From: an uncultured Gammaproteobacteria bacterium
GTDB taxonomy: Bacteria; Patescibacteriota; Patescibacteriia; UBA1558; S5-K13
DNA: 62,803 nt
Assembly (NCBI GenBank): GCA_964486685.1
Contig: CAZAOE010000004.1
Span: forward strand, 1 to 62,803
Reading direction: 5' to 3'
Both the position numbers and the translations under genes were made by a program. Positions 1 to 8,061 of this stretch are shown here, piece by piece (position 1 is the stretch's first letter; every line of letters starts with the position of its first letter). A model generated the notes under the pieces. It did no database searches, was not told where the DNA came from, and saw only the letters and a list, made by a program, of their open reading frames with translations.

Positions 1-236
1 TGCTTTGTTTAAAAAGGGATTGACTTAATTTATAGGTATATTTAAATAATTTTAAATTTCTAATTTTTAATTTCGATTGAATTTTTAATGATTTAATTTT
101 AAATTGATTCAAAATTCGAAATTCAATCAAAATTCAAAATTTATCATTCAGAATTCATCTTTAATTATACCACATTTTTAAAATTTCAAAAAAATGTTAA
201 ACTATATATAGATAAATTAAACATATAAATTAGATT

Positions 237-1067
237 ATGAATTTTTCAGAGCCCTTAGATGAAAAACAAATCGAAAGACATCTTTGGTATATAAAAAACA
301 AAACTCTATTCAAAAAAATAATAATTATTTTATTATTCATTATTATATTATTTTTTTATAGTTTTGCTGTTTTAAAATTTATTACTATCAAAATACAGGA
401 TAATTATGAAAAAAATAATTATCAAGAAATATTTATTAATTTTCGAGCATGGCAAGAAAAAAACAAACCCGAAAATCTTTTAATTATGGAAGAAAATATC
501 ATCGCTTTAAAAAATAATAAATATGACATAGTTATTAGTGTTAAAAATCCTAATGAAAGAATAGCGGTCTCAAAATTAAAATATCAATTTATTTACAACA
601 ATGAACGGGAAAGCGAAACCAAGGAAACCTTTATACTACCCAAAGACACAAAAAAATTAATTGATTTTAATGTCGTCAGTAATCAAAAAATAAGGTCTTT
701 AGAATTAAAAATCATTGATATCGCCTGGCAACGATTAAAGGCCTCAGAAATCGAAAATATTCCCTCAAACATTTTCTTAATTCAAAACAAAGAAATAAAT
801 GTTAATAATAAAAATACCCGCAATTGGATTGAATTTACAGTTATTAATCAAACCCCTTATTCTTGGCTAGAATCTGAATTTTATATTAGTTTGCGCTTAG
901 GAACCAAAATGATTGCAATTAATAAAGTAACAATAGATGAATTTTATTCTTTGGCAGAAAAAAAAGTGGAAACCAGCTGGTTTTATCAAATACCATCATA
1001 TGTCACTTTAGAAATAGATGCTGATGTCAATATTTTAGATCCTAAAAATTATATCATCCAAAATTAA
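237..1067 (+). CDS. hypothetical membrane-anchored protein
   Basis: 276-aa ORF with one N-terminal hydrophobic helix (IIIILLFIIILFFYSFAVLKFITI) followed by a soluble domain. No family recognised. Confidence 0.45.
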   Translation: MNFSEPLDEKQIERHLWYIKNKTLFKKIIIILLFIIILFFYSFAVLKFITIKIQDNYEKNNYQEIFINFRAWQEKNKPENLLIMEENIIALKNNKYDIVISVKNPNERIAVSKLKYQFIYNNERESETKETFILPKDTKKLIDFNVVSNQKIRSLELKIIDIAWQRLKASEIENIPSNIFLIQNKEINVNNKNTRNWIEFTVINQTPYSWLESEFYISLRLGTKMIAINKVTIDEFYSLAEKKVETSWFYQIPSYVTLEIDADVNILDPKNYIIQN

Positions 1068-1072
1068 AAAAT

Positions 1073-2176
1073 ATGAAAATATCCTTAAGGGCTTTATTTA
1101 AATTTGACTATTTGCTGCTTGGCGCAGTTTTTTTATTACTGGTGATCGGTTTAATAAGTATATATAGTGTTGGTCTAAGCGATATTGAATCTAAAATGAT
1201 ATTTTTTGACAAACAATTATTGTTTGCTATAACCGGCATAATTTTATTATTTGTTTTTTCATTTATAGATTATCGGTTTTTAAAATCTTATTATAAAATT
1301 TTTCTGATTGTCTCTTTTCTGTTATTAATATCTGTTTTAATATTTGGTGCGTTTATTAGGGGCACTAGTTCTTGGTTTTCCGTTCTTGGATTTCAATTTC
1401 AACCAGTAGAATTTGCCAAAATAGGATTAATAATTTTTTTAGCGGCCTATCTTTCTAATAAGGCCAAAGAGTTTTATAATTGGAAGCCCATTTTAATTTC
1501 TGCCTTAGTAAGTTTTGCTATGATAGCTTTAGTGATAATCCAGCCCGATTTGGGTTCAGCTATAATTCTTTTTGTTATTTGGTTTATTATGTTGCTTTTT
1601 ACAAACATTAATAAGAAAAAGATTATTATCATCTTTATTATTTTGGCTATATTAATATCTGCTGGCTGGTTTGTGTTTTTAGAGGGCTATCAAAAAGATA
1701 GAATTATAACATTTTTAAATCCCGAAAAAGATCCTTTGGGGGTTGGCTATAATCTTTCTCAATCCATTATAGCTGTTGGATCTGGTGGTCTTGCTGGTCG
1801 TGGTTTTGGTCTGGGCTCTCAAAGCCAATTAAATTTTTTACCTGAACAAAGAACCGATTTTGTATTTGCCGTTATTTCTGAAGAGTTTGGGTTTTTAGGT
1901 TCATTTTTTATTATTCTAATAATTATTGTATTTTTATTAAAAATATTAAATATCATCAGAAAATCTAATGATAATTTTGCTGTTTTTTTAGCTCTGGGTT
2001 TTTTAATTATGTTTTTTACTCAATCTCTAATGAATATAGCTATGAATGTTGGTCTAGCCCCAGTAATCGGACTGCCCCTACCCTTTATTTCTTATGGTGG
2101 CTCATCTCTATTAATGAGTTTGATTGCTGTGGGAATTTTGGAAAGCATTGTCATTCATCGCGTAGAATACGGATAG
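1073..2176 (+). CDS. SEDS-family cell-wall polymerase (FtsW/RodA/SpoVE)
   Basis: 367 aa, polytopic membrane profile. C-terminal GLPLPFISYGGSSLL and SQSQLNFLPEQRTDFVFA motifs are typical of FtsW/RodA. Confidence 0.9.
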   Translation: MKISLRALFKFDYLLLGAVFLLLVIGLISIYSVGLSDIESKMIFFDKQLLFAITGIILLFVFSFIDYRFLKSYYKIFLIVSFLLLISVLIFGAFIRGTSSWFSVLGFQFQPVEFAKIGLIIFLAAYLSNKAKEFYNWKPILISALVSFAMIALVIIQPDLGSAIILFVIWFIMLLFTNINKKKIIIIFIILAILISAGWFVFLEGYQKDRIITFLNPEKDPLGVGYNLSQSIIAVGSGGLAGRGFGLGSQSQLNFLPEQRTDFVFAVISEEFGFLGSFFIILIIIVFLLKILNIIRKSNDNFAVFLALGFLIMFFTQSLMNIAMNVGLAPVIGLPLPFISYGGSSLLMSLIAVGILESIVIHRVEYG

Positions 2177-2314
2177 AGGACAATTTCAAATTATCAATTT
2201 CCAATTTTCAATTAAATTTTAAATGATTTAATTTTCAGACAAACTACCCCCGAGTTAAACTTAGTGATTTATATCATACCGACTAACATCGGTTTTTATA
2301 TTTTATTATAATAT

Positions 2315-2501
2315 CTGCGAACATTACAAAAATTTAGTCAGAATTTGAATGAGACATCCGTTAAAAACTTTGACTTGTTTGAGGAGTGAAATGACAATGG
2401 AACGACGAGTTTCAAAGTTTTAGGATGACGAATGATTAAATTACCTAAATTTTTGTACAGTTCGCGACTTTTTAGTTCTACCTTTTTCTAGAAAAAGGTA
2501 G
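2315..2501. repeat. composite long-hairpin element, copy A (23-nt inverted arms plus a 24-nt perfect palindrome)
   Basis: Arms are CTGCGAACATTACAAAAATTTAG and CTAAATTTTTGTACAGTTCGCGA. The palindrome CTACCTTTTTCTAGAAAAAGGTAG lies at 2478-2501. The reverse complement aligns with 61487-61691. Confidence 0.85.
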
Positions 2502-2554
2502 AAAAAAAGATATTCACAAAAGTAGTCTTTTTAACTAATAACCTGCGACTCGCA

Positions 2555-2619
2555 ACTTGCAACTTTTACCCCGTAAAATGTTATCGCTTCGCGATAATTT
2601 CACAGGGTAAACTTGAAAC
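2555..2619. repeat. CCCGTWA hairpin with TATCGCTTCGCGATA centre (family copy 1 of 3)
   Basis: ACTTGCAACTTTTACCCCGTAAAATGTTATCGCTTCGCGATAATTTCACAGGGTAAACTTGAAAC. Homologous copies at 12048-12120 and 41731-41790. Confidence 0.85.
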
Positions 2620-2731
2620 TTTTAACTTTAAACTATATAATTAAATTAGCTAAATTAAGGGGAATTCACCCCATCACCTAAAATTTTTAGGTGAGGGGTT
2701 TAGTATTTTTAGTTAATATTTAAATTAATTT

Positions 2732-4024
2732 ATGAAAAAAATATTTATATCTGACATCGATAAACATTTAGACCAAGAAGTAAAAATAGAAGGCTGGGTC
2801 CATAATTTCCGGTCATCTGGCTCTTTATATTTTCTTCAAATTAGAGACGGTTCTGGATTTATTCAAGCTATTATTTCTAAAAATACGGTTGGTGAAAAAA
2901 CCTGGAAAGAGTGTCTTAAAATTACTCAAGAAACTTCCTTGGAATTGGAGGGCAAAATTTCTAAACACCCCAAAAAAGAAGAATATGAACTTCAAGTCAG
3001 TGATTTAAAATTGTTTCAAATTGCCGAAGAATATCCAATTTCTAATAAAGAGCATGGTGAGGCCTTTTTACTAGATAATCGACACCTTTGGTTAAGGTCA
3101 AAAAAACAATGGGCAATTCAAAAAATAAGAGACCAAATTATTCAGGCGACTTATGATTTTTTCCATCAAGAACACTTTATTAAAATTGACTCTCCTATTT
3201 TAACTCCCAATGCCTGTGAAGGAACAACAACTCTTTTTGGAATGGATTATTTTGATTTGGGAAAGGCCTATTTATCTCAATCTGGACAATTATATTTAGA
3301 GGCAGCAATTATGGCTCATGCTCGGGTCTTTGATTTTGGTCCTACTTTTCGTGCTGAAAAATCTAAAACTCGCCGACATTTAACTGAATTTTGGATGATG
3401 GATGCGGAAATGGCTTTTTGCGATCATGAATGTAATATGCAAATTCAAGAAAACTTAATTTCATATATTATTCAAGATGTTTTGAAAAATTGTCCTAAGG
3501 AGTTAGAAATGCTAGAACGAGACATTTCCAAACTAAAAAAAATTAAAACTCCCTTTATTAAAATGACTTATCAACAGGTCTTAAAAAAATTACAAGACCT
3601 GGGCTCAAAAATAAAATCTGGAGAAGATTTAGGCGCAGAAGATGAAACTTTAATTACTAAAAATAGCGACCTGCCTGTATTTATTGAAAAATGGCCCAAG
3701 GAAATTAAGGCCTTTTATATGAAACGCGACCCAGAAAATAAAAACTTGGTCCTTGGTTCTGATTTAATTGCTCCGGAAGGACACGGAGAAATAATTGGCG
3801 GTTCACAAAGAGAAGATGATTATGAAATTTTAAAAAAGAGAATTTTAGAAGAAAAATTAAATATAAAAGATTTTCAATGGTATTTGGATTTAAGAAAATA
3901 TGGCAGCGTGCCTCATTCTGGATTTGGTTATGGCTTGGAAAGATTAACTGGCTGGATTTGTGGTGTCCATCATATCCGCGAAACAATTCCATTCCCAAGA
4001 ATGATAAATAGAATTACTCCGTAA
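2732..4024 (+). CDS. asnS: asparaginyl-tRNA synthetase
   Basis: 430 aa with an N-terminal OB fold and a class II core. The motif FRAEKSKTRRHLTEFWMMDAEMAF is the AsnRS signature. C-terminal GFGYGLERL. Confidence 0.9.
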   Translation: MKKIFISDIDKHLDQEVKIEGWVHNFRSSGSLYFLQIRDGSGFIQAIISKNTVGEKTWKECLKITQETSLELEGKISKHPKKEEYELQVSDLKLFQIAEEYPISNKEHGEAFLLDNRHLWLRSKKQWAIQKIRDQIIQATYDFFHQEHFIKIDSPILTPNACEGTTTLFGMDYFDLGKAYLSQSGQLYLEAAIMAHARVFDFGPTFRAEKSKTRRHLTEFWMMDAEMAFCDHECNMQIQENLISYIIQDVLKNCPKELEMLERDISKLKKIKTPFIKMTYQQVLKKLQDLGSKIKSGEDLGAEDETLITKNSDLPVFIEKWPKEIKAFYMKRDPENKNLVLGSDLIAPEGHGEIIGGSQREDDYEILKKRILEEKLNIKDFQWYLDLRKYGSVPHSGFGYGLERLTGWICGVHHIRETIPFPRMINRITP

Positions 4025-4208
4025 GTCTCCAATTTTCAATTACCAATTTTAAATTTGAATTTAATTTTCAATAAAATAATTTACAATAAATTTCATCTTG
4101 TATAACAAAAACGAATGAAATAAAACAGACATTGATAATTGAATAATTGGTTATTAAATGAAAATTGAGAAATGAAAATTGTAAATTTAAAAATAACATT
4201 TTAACGAT

Positions 4209-5570
4209 ATGCGAATAACTATCTTCGGTACTGGATATGTAGGGCTAGTCCAGGGGGCCTGCATGGCCGACCTCGGACATGATGTGCTTTGTATTGATAT
4301 TAATCAAGAAAAAATAAAAAAGTTGAATAAAGGAGAAGTGCCTTTTTATGAACCCGGCCTTTCAGATTTAATCCAAAGAAATGCTAAGCAGGGGAGACTA
4401 CAATTTAGCCTAGATGCTAAGAGGGGTATTGAATTTTCCACGGCAATATTTATTGCAGTCGGCACTCCACAATCTCTCAATGGTCAAGCTGATTTATCAG
4501 CTGTTTGGACTGTGGCTAAAGAAATTGGTAAAAACATGAAGGAATATAAGGTAATTGTTAATAAAAGTACTGTCCCCCCTTTGACTGCTCAAAAAGTTAG
4601 AGAAATAATTGAAAAAAACCTAAAAGAAAATATAAAATTTAGTGTAGTTTCTAATCCAGAATTTTTACGCGAGGGCTCAGCTGTAAAAGATTTCTTGATT
4701 CCTGATCGAATAGTAATTGGCATTGAACCAGGAGACGAAGATGCTAAAAAAATAATGTTAAAAATGTATGATGCCTTAGCCCGAACCGATAAACCCATCA
4801 TGTTCACTGACACCACCACTTCCGAAACAATTAAATATGCTGCCAATGCTATGTTAGCTTCTAAAATATCTTTCATGAACGAACTCTCCCATTATGTTGA
4901 AAAAACCGGTGCTAATATCAAAGAAATAGCCAGAGGTATTGGTTTAGATAACCGAATTGGTCCACGGTTTTTACAGGCCGGCTGTGGTTATGGCGGAGCT
5001 TGCTTTCCTAAAGATATTCAGGCCTTAATTTATGAAATGAAACAAAATAATCTTAGTAGTGAAATGTTAGAAGCCATTGAAAGTGTTAATGAAAAACAAA
5101 AAAAATCAATTATTAAAAAAGTAAATCACCTTCTTCCTAATTTAAAAAATAAGACTATTGGCATTTGGGGCCTTTCTTTCAAGCCCAATACTGATGATAT
5201 TCGCCAAGCTCCTTCTAAAACCATTATTAATGATTTATTAAAACAAGGAGCCAAAATTAAGACCTTTGACCCCGAAGCTATGGAAAATTCTCAAAAAGAG
5301 ATAATCAAAGATCCCGATCAAAAATCTCGAGTAGAGTCGAGAGACCAAAATGGGAGGAAAACTATAGAATATTGTAAAAATCCTTATGAAGTTACCAAAA
5401 AAATTGATTTATTAATCTTAGTAACTGAATGGAATGTTTTTAAAGAAATTGATATGCAGAAAGTTAAAGAATCTATGAAAACAGCTAATTTAATTGACTG
5501 TCGTAATGTTTATAATCCAAATGAAATGAGAGAATTGGGGTTTAATTATATTTCAATCGGTCGCCCTTAA
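4209..5570 (+). CDS. ugd: UDP-glucose 6-dehydrogenase
   Basis: 453 aa with the Rossmann motif IFGTGYVGL and the catalytic-Cys motif GYGGACFPKDI. UDPG/GDP-mannose dehydrogenase domain order. Confidence 0.9.
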   Translation: MRITIFGTGYVGLVQGACMADLGHDVLCIDINQEKIKKLNKGEVPFYEPGLSDLIQRNAKQGRLQFSLDAKRGIEFSTAIFIAVGTPQSLNGQADLSAVWTVAKEIGKNMKEYKVIVNKSTVPPLTAQKVREIIEKNLKENIKFSVVSNPEFLREGSAVKDFLIPDRIVIGIEPGDEDAKKIMLKMYDALARTDKPIMFTDTTTSETIKYAANAMLASKISFMNELSHYVEKTGANIKEIARGIGLDNRIGPRFLQAGCGYGGACFPKDIQALIYEMKQNNLSSEMLEAIESVNEKQKKSIIKKVNHLLPNLKNKTIGIWGLSFKPNTDDIRQAPSKTIINDLLKQGAKIKTFDPEAMENSQKEIIKDPDQKSRVESRDQNGRKTIEYCKNPYEVTKKIDLLILVTEWNVFKEIDMQKVKESMKTANLIDCRNVYNPNEMRELGFNYISIGRP

Positions 5571-5759
5571 ATAATTGATAATAGTTTAATAGGATAATAG
5601 GATAATAGAAAAACATTACCTAATAATCTATAAATAAAATAATAATTATAAAATAAATATATTTATCCCGTTAGATATCAGGATTTTAAAAGCTCTAATG
5701 GGATTAGCATAATTTATTCTAATTAAAACAAACAAAACTAATAAATAATATCTAATGGG

Positions 5760-7169
5760 ATGAAAACTTACATTAAAGAAACTATTACTAAAAAAATAAA
5801 TGAAGAAGTAGAATTAAAGGGTTGGGTTCATGTTTTTCGTCGCATGGGGAAAATTGCTTTTATTGACCTCCGAGATTCTACTGGCATAATTCAAGTAGTT
5901 TGCATACCAGCGGAAATGACTCCAGAATCAGCTATATTACTAGACAATATTCGCCCGGAATTTGTAATCAGTTTAAAAGGAATAATTCAAGCTCGAGGAG
6001 AAAAACAAATTCGCGCCGATCAATTAACTGATCAGATTGAAATCTTAGCTAAAGACATCAAAATACTCTCTGAATCCGAAACGCCTCCTTTTGAAATTGA
6101 AAATGAGGACAGACAAGCCAACGAAGAATTACGACTAAAATATCGTTATTTAGATCTCCGACACGAACGAATGGCTAAAAATATCAAAGCGCGCCATCAA
6201 GTAATAAATTTTTTAAGAAACAATTTAAACGACAAGGGCTTCACTGAAGTTCAAACTCCAATTCTAACTAAATCAACCCCTGAAGGAGCCCGCGACTATA
6301 TTGTTCCTTCTCGTTTGCATAAAGGTAAATTTTTTGCTTTACCACAAGCCCCACAACAATATAAACAATTATTAATGATTGCTGGATTAGAAAAATATTT
6401 CCAAATTGCTCCTTGTTTTCGAGATGAAGATGCTCGTTCTGACCGCAGTCCCGGAGAATTTTATCAATTAGATCTGGAAATATCCTTTTTAAATCAAGAA
6501 GAAATATTAAACTTAGTTGAAGATACAGTAACTAAAATGGTGGAAGAATTATTTCCCGAAAAAAAGATTACTACTAAACCATGGCCTCGAATTAATTATC
6601 AAGAAGCAATGGAAAAATATGGAACTGATAAACCAGATTTAAGAAAAGACAAAAAAGATCCAAATGAATTAGCTTTTGCCTGGATTATAAACTTTCCTTT
6701 ATTTACTAAGGATGCCGAGGAAGAATTTATTGGCACCAAAGGCAAATGGGCCCCATCTCATAATATGTTTACTGCTCCCCAAGAAAAAGATATTGAATTA
6801 TTAGATAAAGATCCGAGAAAAGTAAAATCATACCAGCACGATTTAGTATTAAATGGTTTTGAGCTTGGTGGAGGAGCGATCAGAATTCACGATATGAAAA
6901 TTCAAGAAAAAATCTGGGATTTAATTGGCTTTACTGAAAAACAAAAAAAAGAATTTACTCATTATTATGAGGCCTTTAAATATGGCGTTCCCCCTCATGG
7001 TGGAATTGCTTTGGGTATTGAAAGATTAATGATGATTTTAATGAATGAAAAAAACCTGAAAGAAGTCACTGCTTTTCCTTTAACTTCTGATGGCCAAGAT
7101 CCTTTAATGGATGCTCCTCAAGAAGTTAGTAAAGAGCAATTAGGGGAGTTGGGTATAGAAATAAAATAA
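5760..7169 (+). CDS. aspS: aspartyl-tRNA synthetase, bacterial-type core without the GAD insertion
   Basis: 469 aa with FRDEDARSDRSPGEFYQLDLEISF (motif 2), GGGAIRIH and PPHGGIALGIERL. DKPDLR is followed almost directly by the FPLF segment. Confidence 0.9.
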   Translation: MKTYIKETITKKINEEVELKGWVHVFRRMGKIAFIDLRDSTGIIQVVCIPAEMTPESAILLDNIRPEFVISLKGIIQARGEKQIRADQLTDQIEILAKDIKILSESETPPFEIENEDRQANEELRLKYRYLDLRHERMAKNIKARHQVINFLRNNLNDKGFTEVQTPILTKSTPEGARDYIVPSRLHKGKFFALPQAPQQYKQLLMIAGLEKYFQIAPCFRDEDARSDRSPGEFYQLDLEISFLNQEEILNLVEDTVTKMVEELFPEKKITTKPWPRINYQEAMEKYGTDKPDLRKDKKDPNELAFAWIINFPLFTKDAEEEFIGTKGKWAPSHNMFTAPQEKDIELLDKDPRKVKSYQHDLVLNGFELGGGAIRIHDMKIQEKIWDLIGFTEKQKKEFTHYYEAFKYGVPPHGGIALGIERLMMILMNEKNLKEVTAFPLTSDGQDPLMDAPQEVSKEQLGELGIEIK

Positions 7170-7176
7170 TAAAAAT

Positions 7177-8061
7177 ATGGAAAATTTAGAATTCGAAAAT
7201 CATACTAATAATTTACAAAAAATAAAAGACATTTTAGAAAATGGAATTAGTAAATTAAAACTAATCTTATTTCGTCATGGTCCCAAAAAAGAAGCTACCG
7301 GAGAAAAGGACATACTAGCTAATTATTTTTCAACACAAGTAAAAGAAGGTCTTAATGCGTTAAAATTAAATTCATCTGATTATATTCACATCTCATCTAG
7401 TCCGGCTGATAGAGCAAAAAAAACGGAAGATATAACGATAGAACATTTTGAAGACAGCAAAAATGTAAAAACTAAGCCACCTAATAAAAGATTAGGAACT
7501 TTTGATGATCTAAGTGAGCATCTTAAGTCAGAACTAAATACTTTAATACAATACCAAGAAAAATTAGAAAAAAAGTTTAAAATAGGAACTCATGAAAAAG
7601 ATGAAAATAATAGAGAAATCCAAGACAAATTAAAGAACAAAATTGATAGTATTATTTTAAAAAATATGTTTGACGGTACCTTGGATAATTTGAAGCAAGA
7701 ATTAAATATAGACGAAACGCTTAATTTAACAACTGAAGATTTTTCTCAAAATTTAAAAAAACACATTAGTGGATATTTAAAACATTTATCCTTACTTAAA
7801 TCAAAAACAAAAAAGCCAGTATCTTTAAATATTACTCATTCATATCCAATCATGTCTTTTTTAAAAAATTACTTGAAATTTATCGATGGAGAACAAATAA
7901 AATCAGCCAACGATATGAAAGGTGAAGAATTTTTAAATAAAGTAGGTGGCTGTATTAACGAAACAGAATCAATAACCCTAAATTATATTCAAAAAGACAA
8001 TAAAAAATTAATTAAGGTTAGTGGTAATAACTTTGAAGGATATATAGATTATGAAAAATAA
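7177..8061 (+). CDS. histidine-phosphatase superfamily protein (RHG motif)
   Basis: 294 aa with LILFRHGPKKE near the N-terminus and a second His segment NITHSYPI. Overlaps the next ORF by 11 nt. Confidence 0.55.
   Translation: MENLEFENHTNNLQKIKDILENGISKLKLILFRHGPKKEATGEKDILANYFSTQVKEGLNALKLNSSDYIHISSSPADRAKKTEDITIEHFEDSKNVKTKPPNKRLGTFDDLSEHLKSELNTLIQYQEKLEKKFKIGTHEKDENNREIQDKLKNKIDSIILKNMFDGTLDNLKQELNIDETLNLTTEDFSQNLKKHISGYLKHLSLLKSKTKKPVSLNITHSYPIMSFLKNYLKFIDGEQIKSANDMKGEEFLNKVGGCINETESITLNYIQKDNKKLIKVSGNNFEGYIDYEK

Noticed and set aside
2347-2421. 24-codon ORF (MRHPLKTLTCLRSEMTMERRVSKF) inside composite element copy A as a possible small toxin or peptide
   Set aside because: The equivalent ATG in copy B opens an unrelated 15-codon frame (MKTNRISTRNKYDEY). 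Conservation is in the pairing arms, not in a reading frame.
3705-3998. Antisense or overlapping short ORFs from the track. The full list is 3705-3998, 4589-4876, 8731-8919, 9896-10180, 11863-12048, 12782-13033, 13639-13887, 14599-14823, 15021-15349, 15659-15841, 16319-16501, 22216-23169, 25910-26191, 29119-29394, 29796-30211, 31582-32027, 38691-39293, 40978-41355, 46725-46943, 51904-52161, 53114-53449, 55640-55936, 58053-58507, 59009-59233, 59368-59571 and 62228-62533
   Set aside because: Each lies within or opposite a longer ORF with clear family motifs, or translates repeat sequence. Their low-complexity composition is typical of chance frames in AT-rich DNA.
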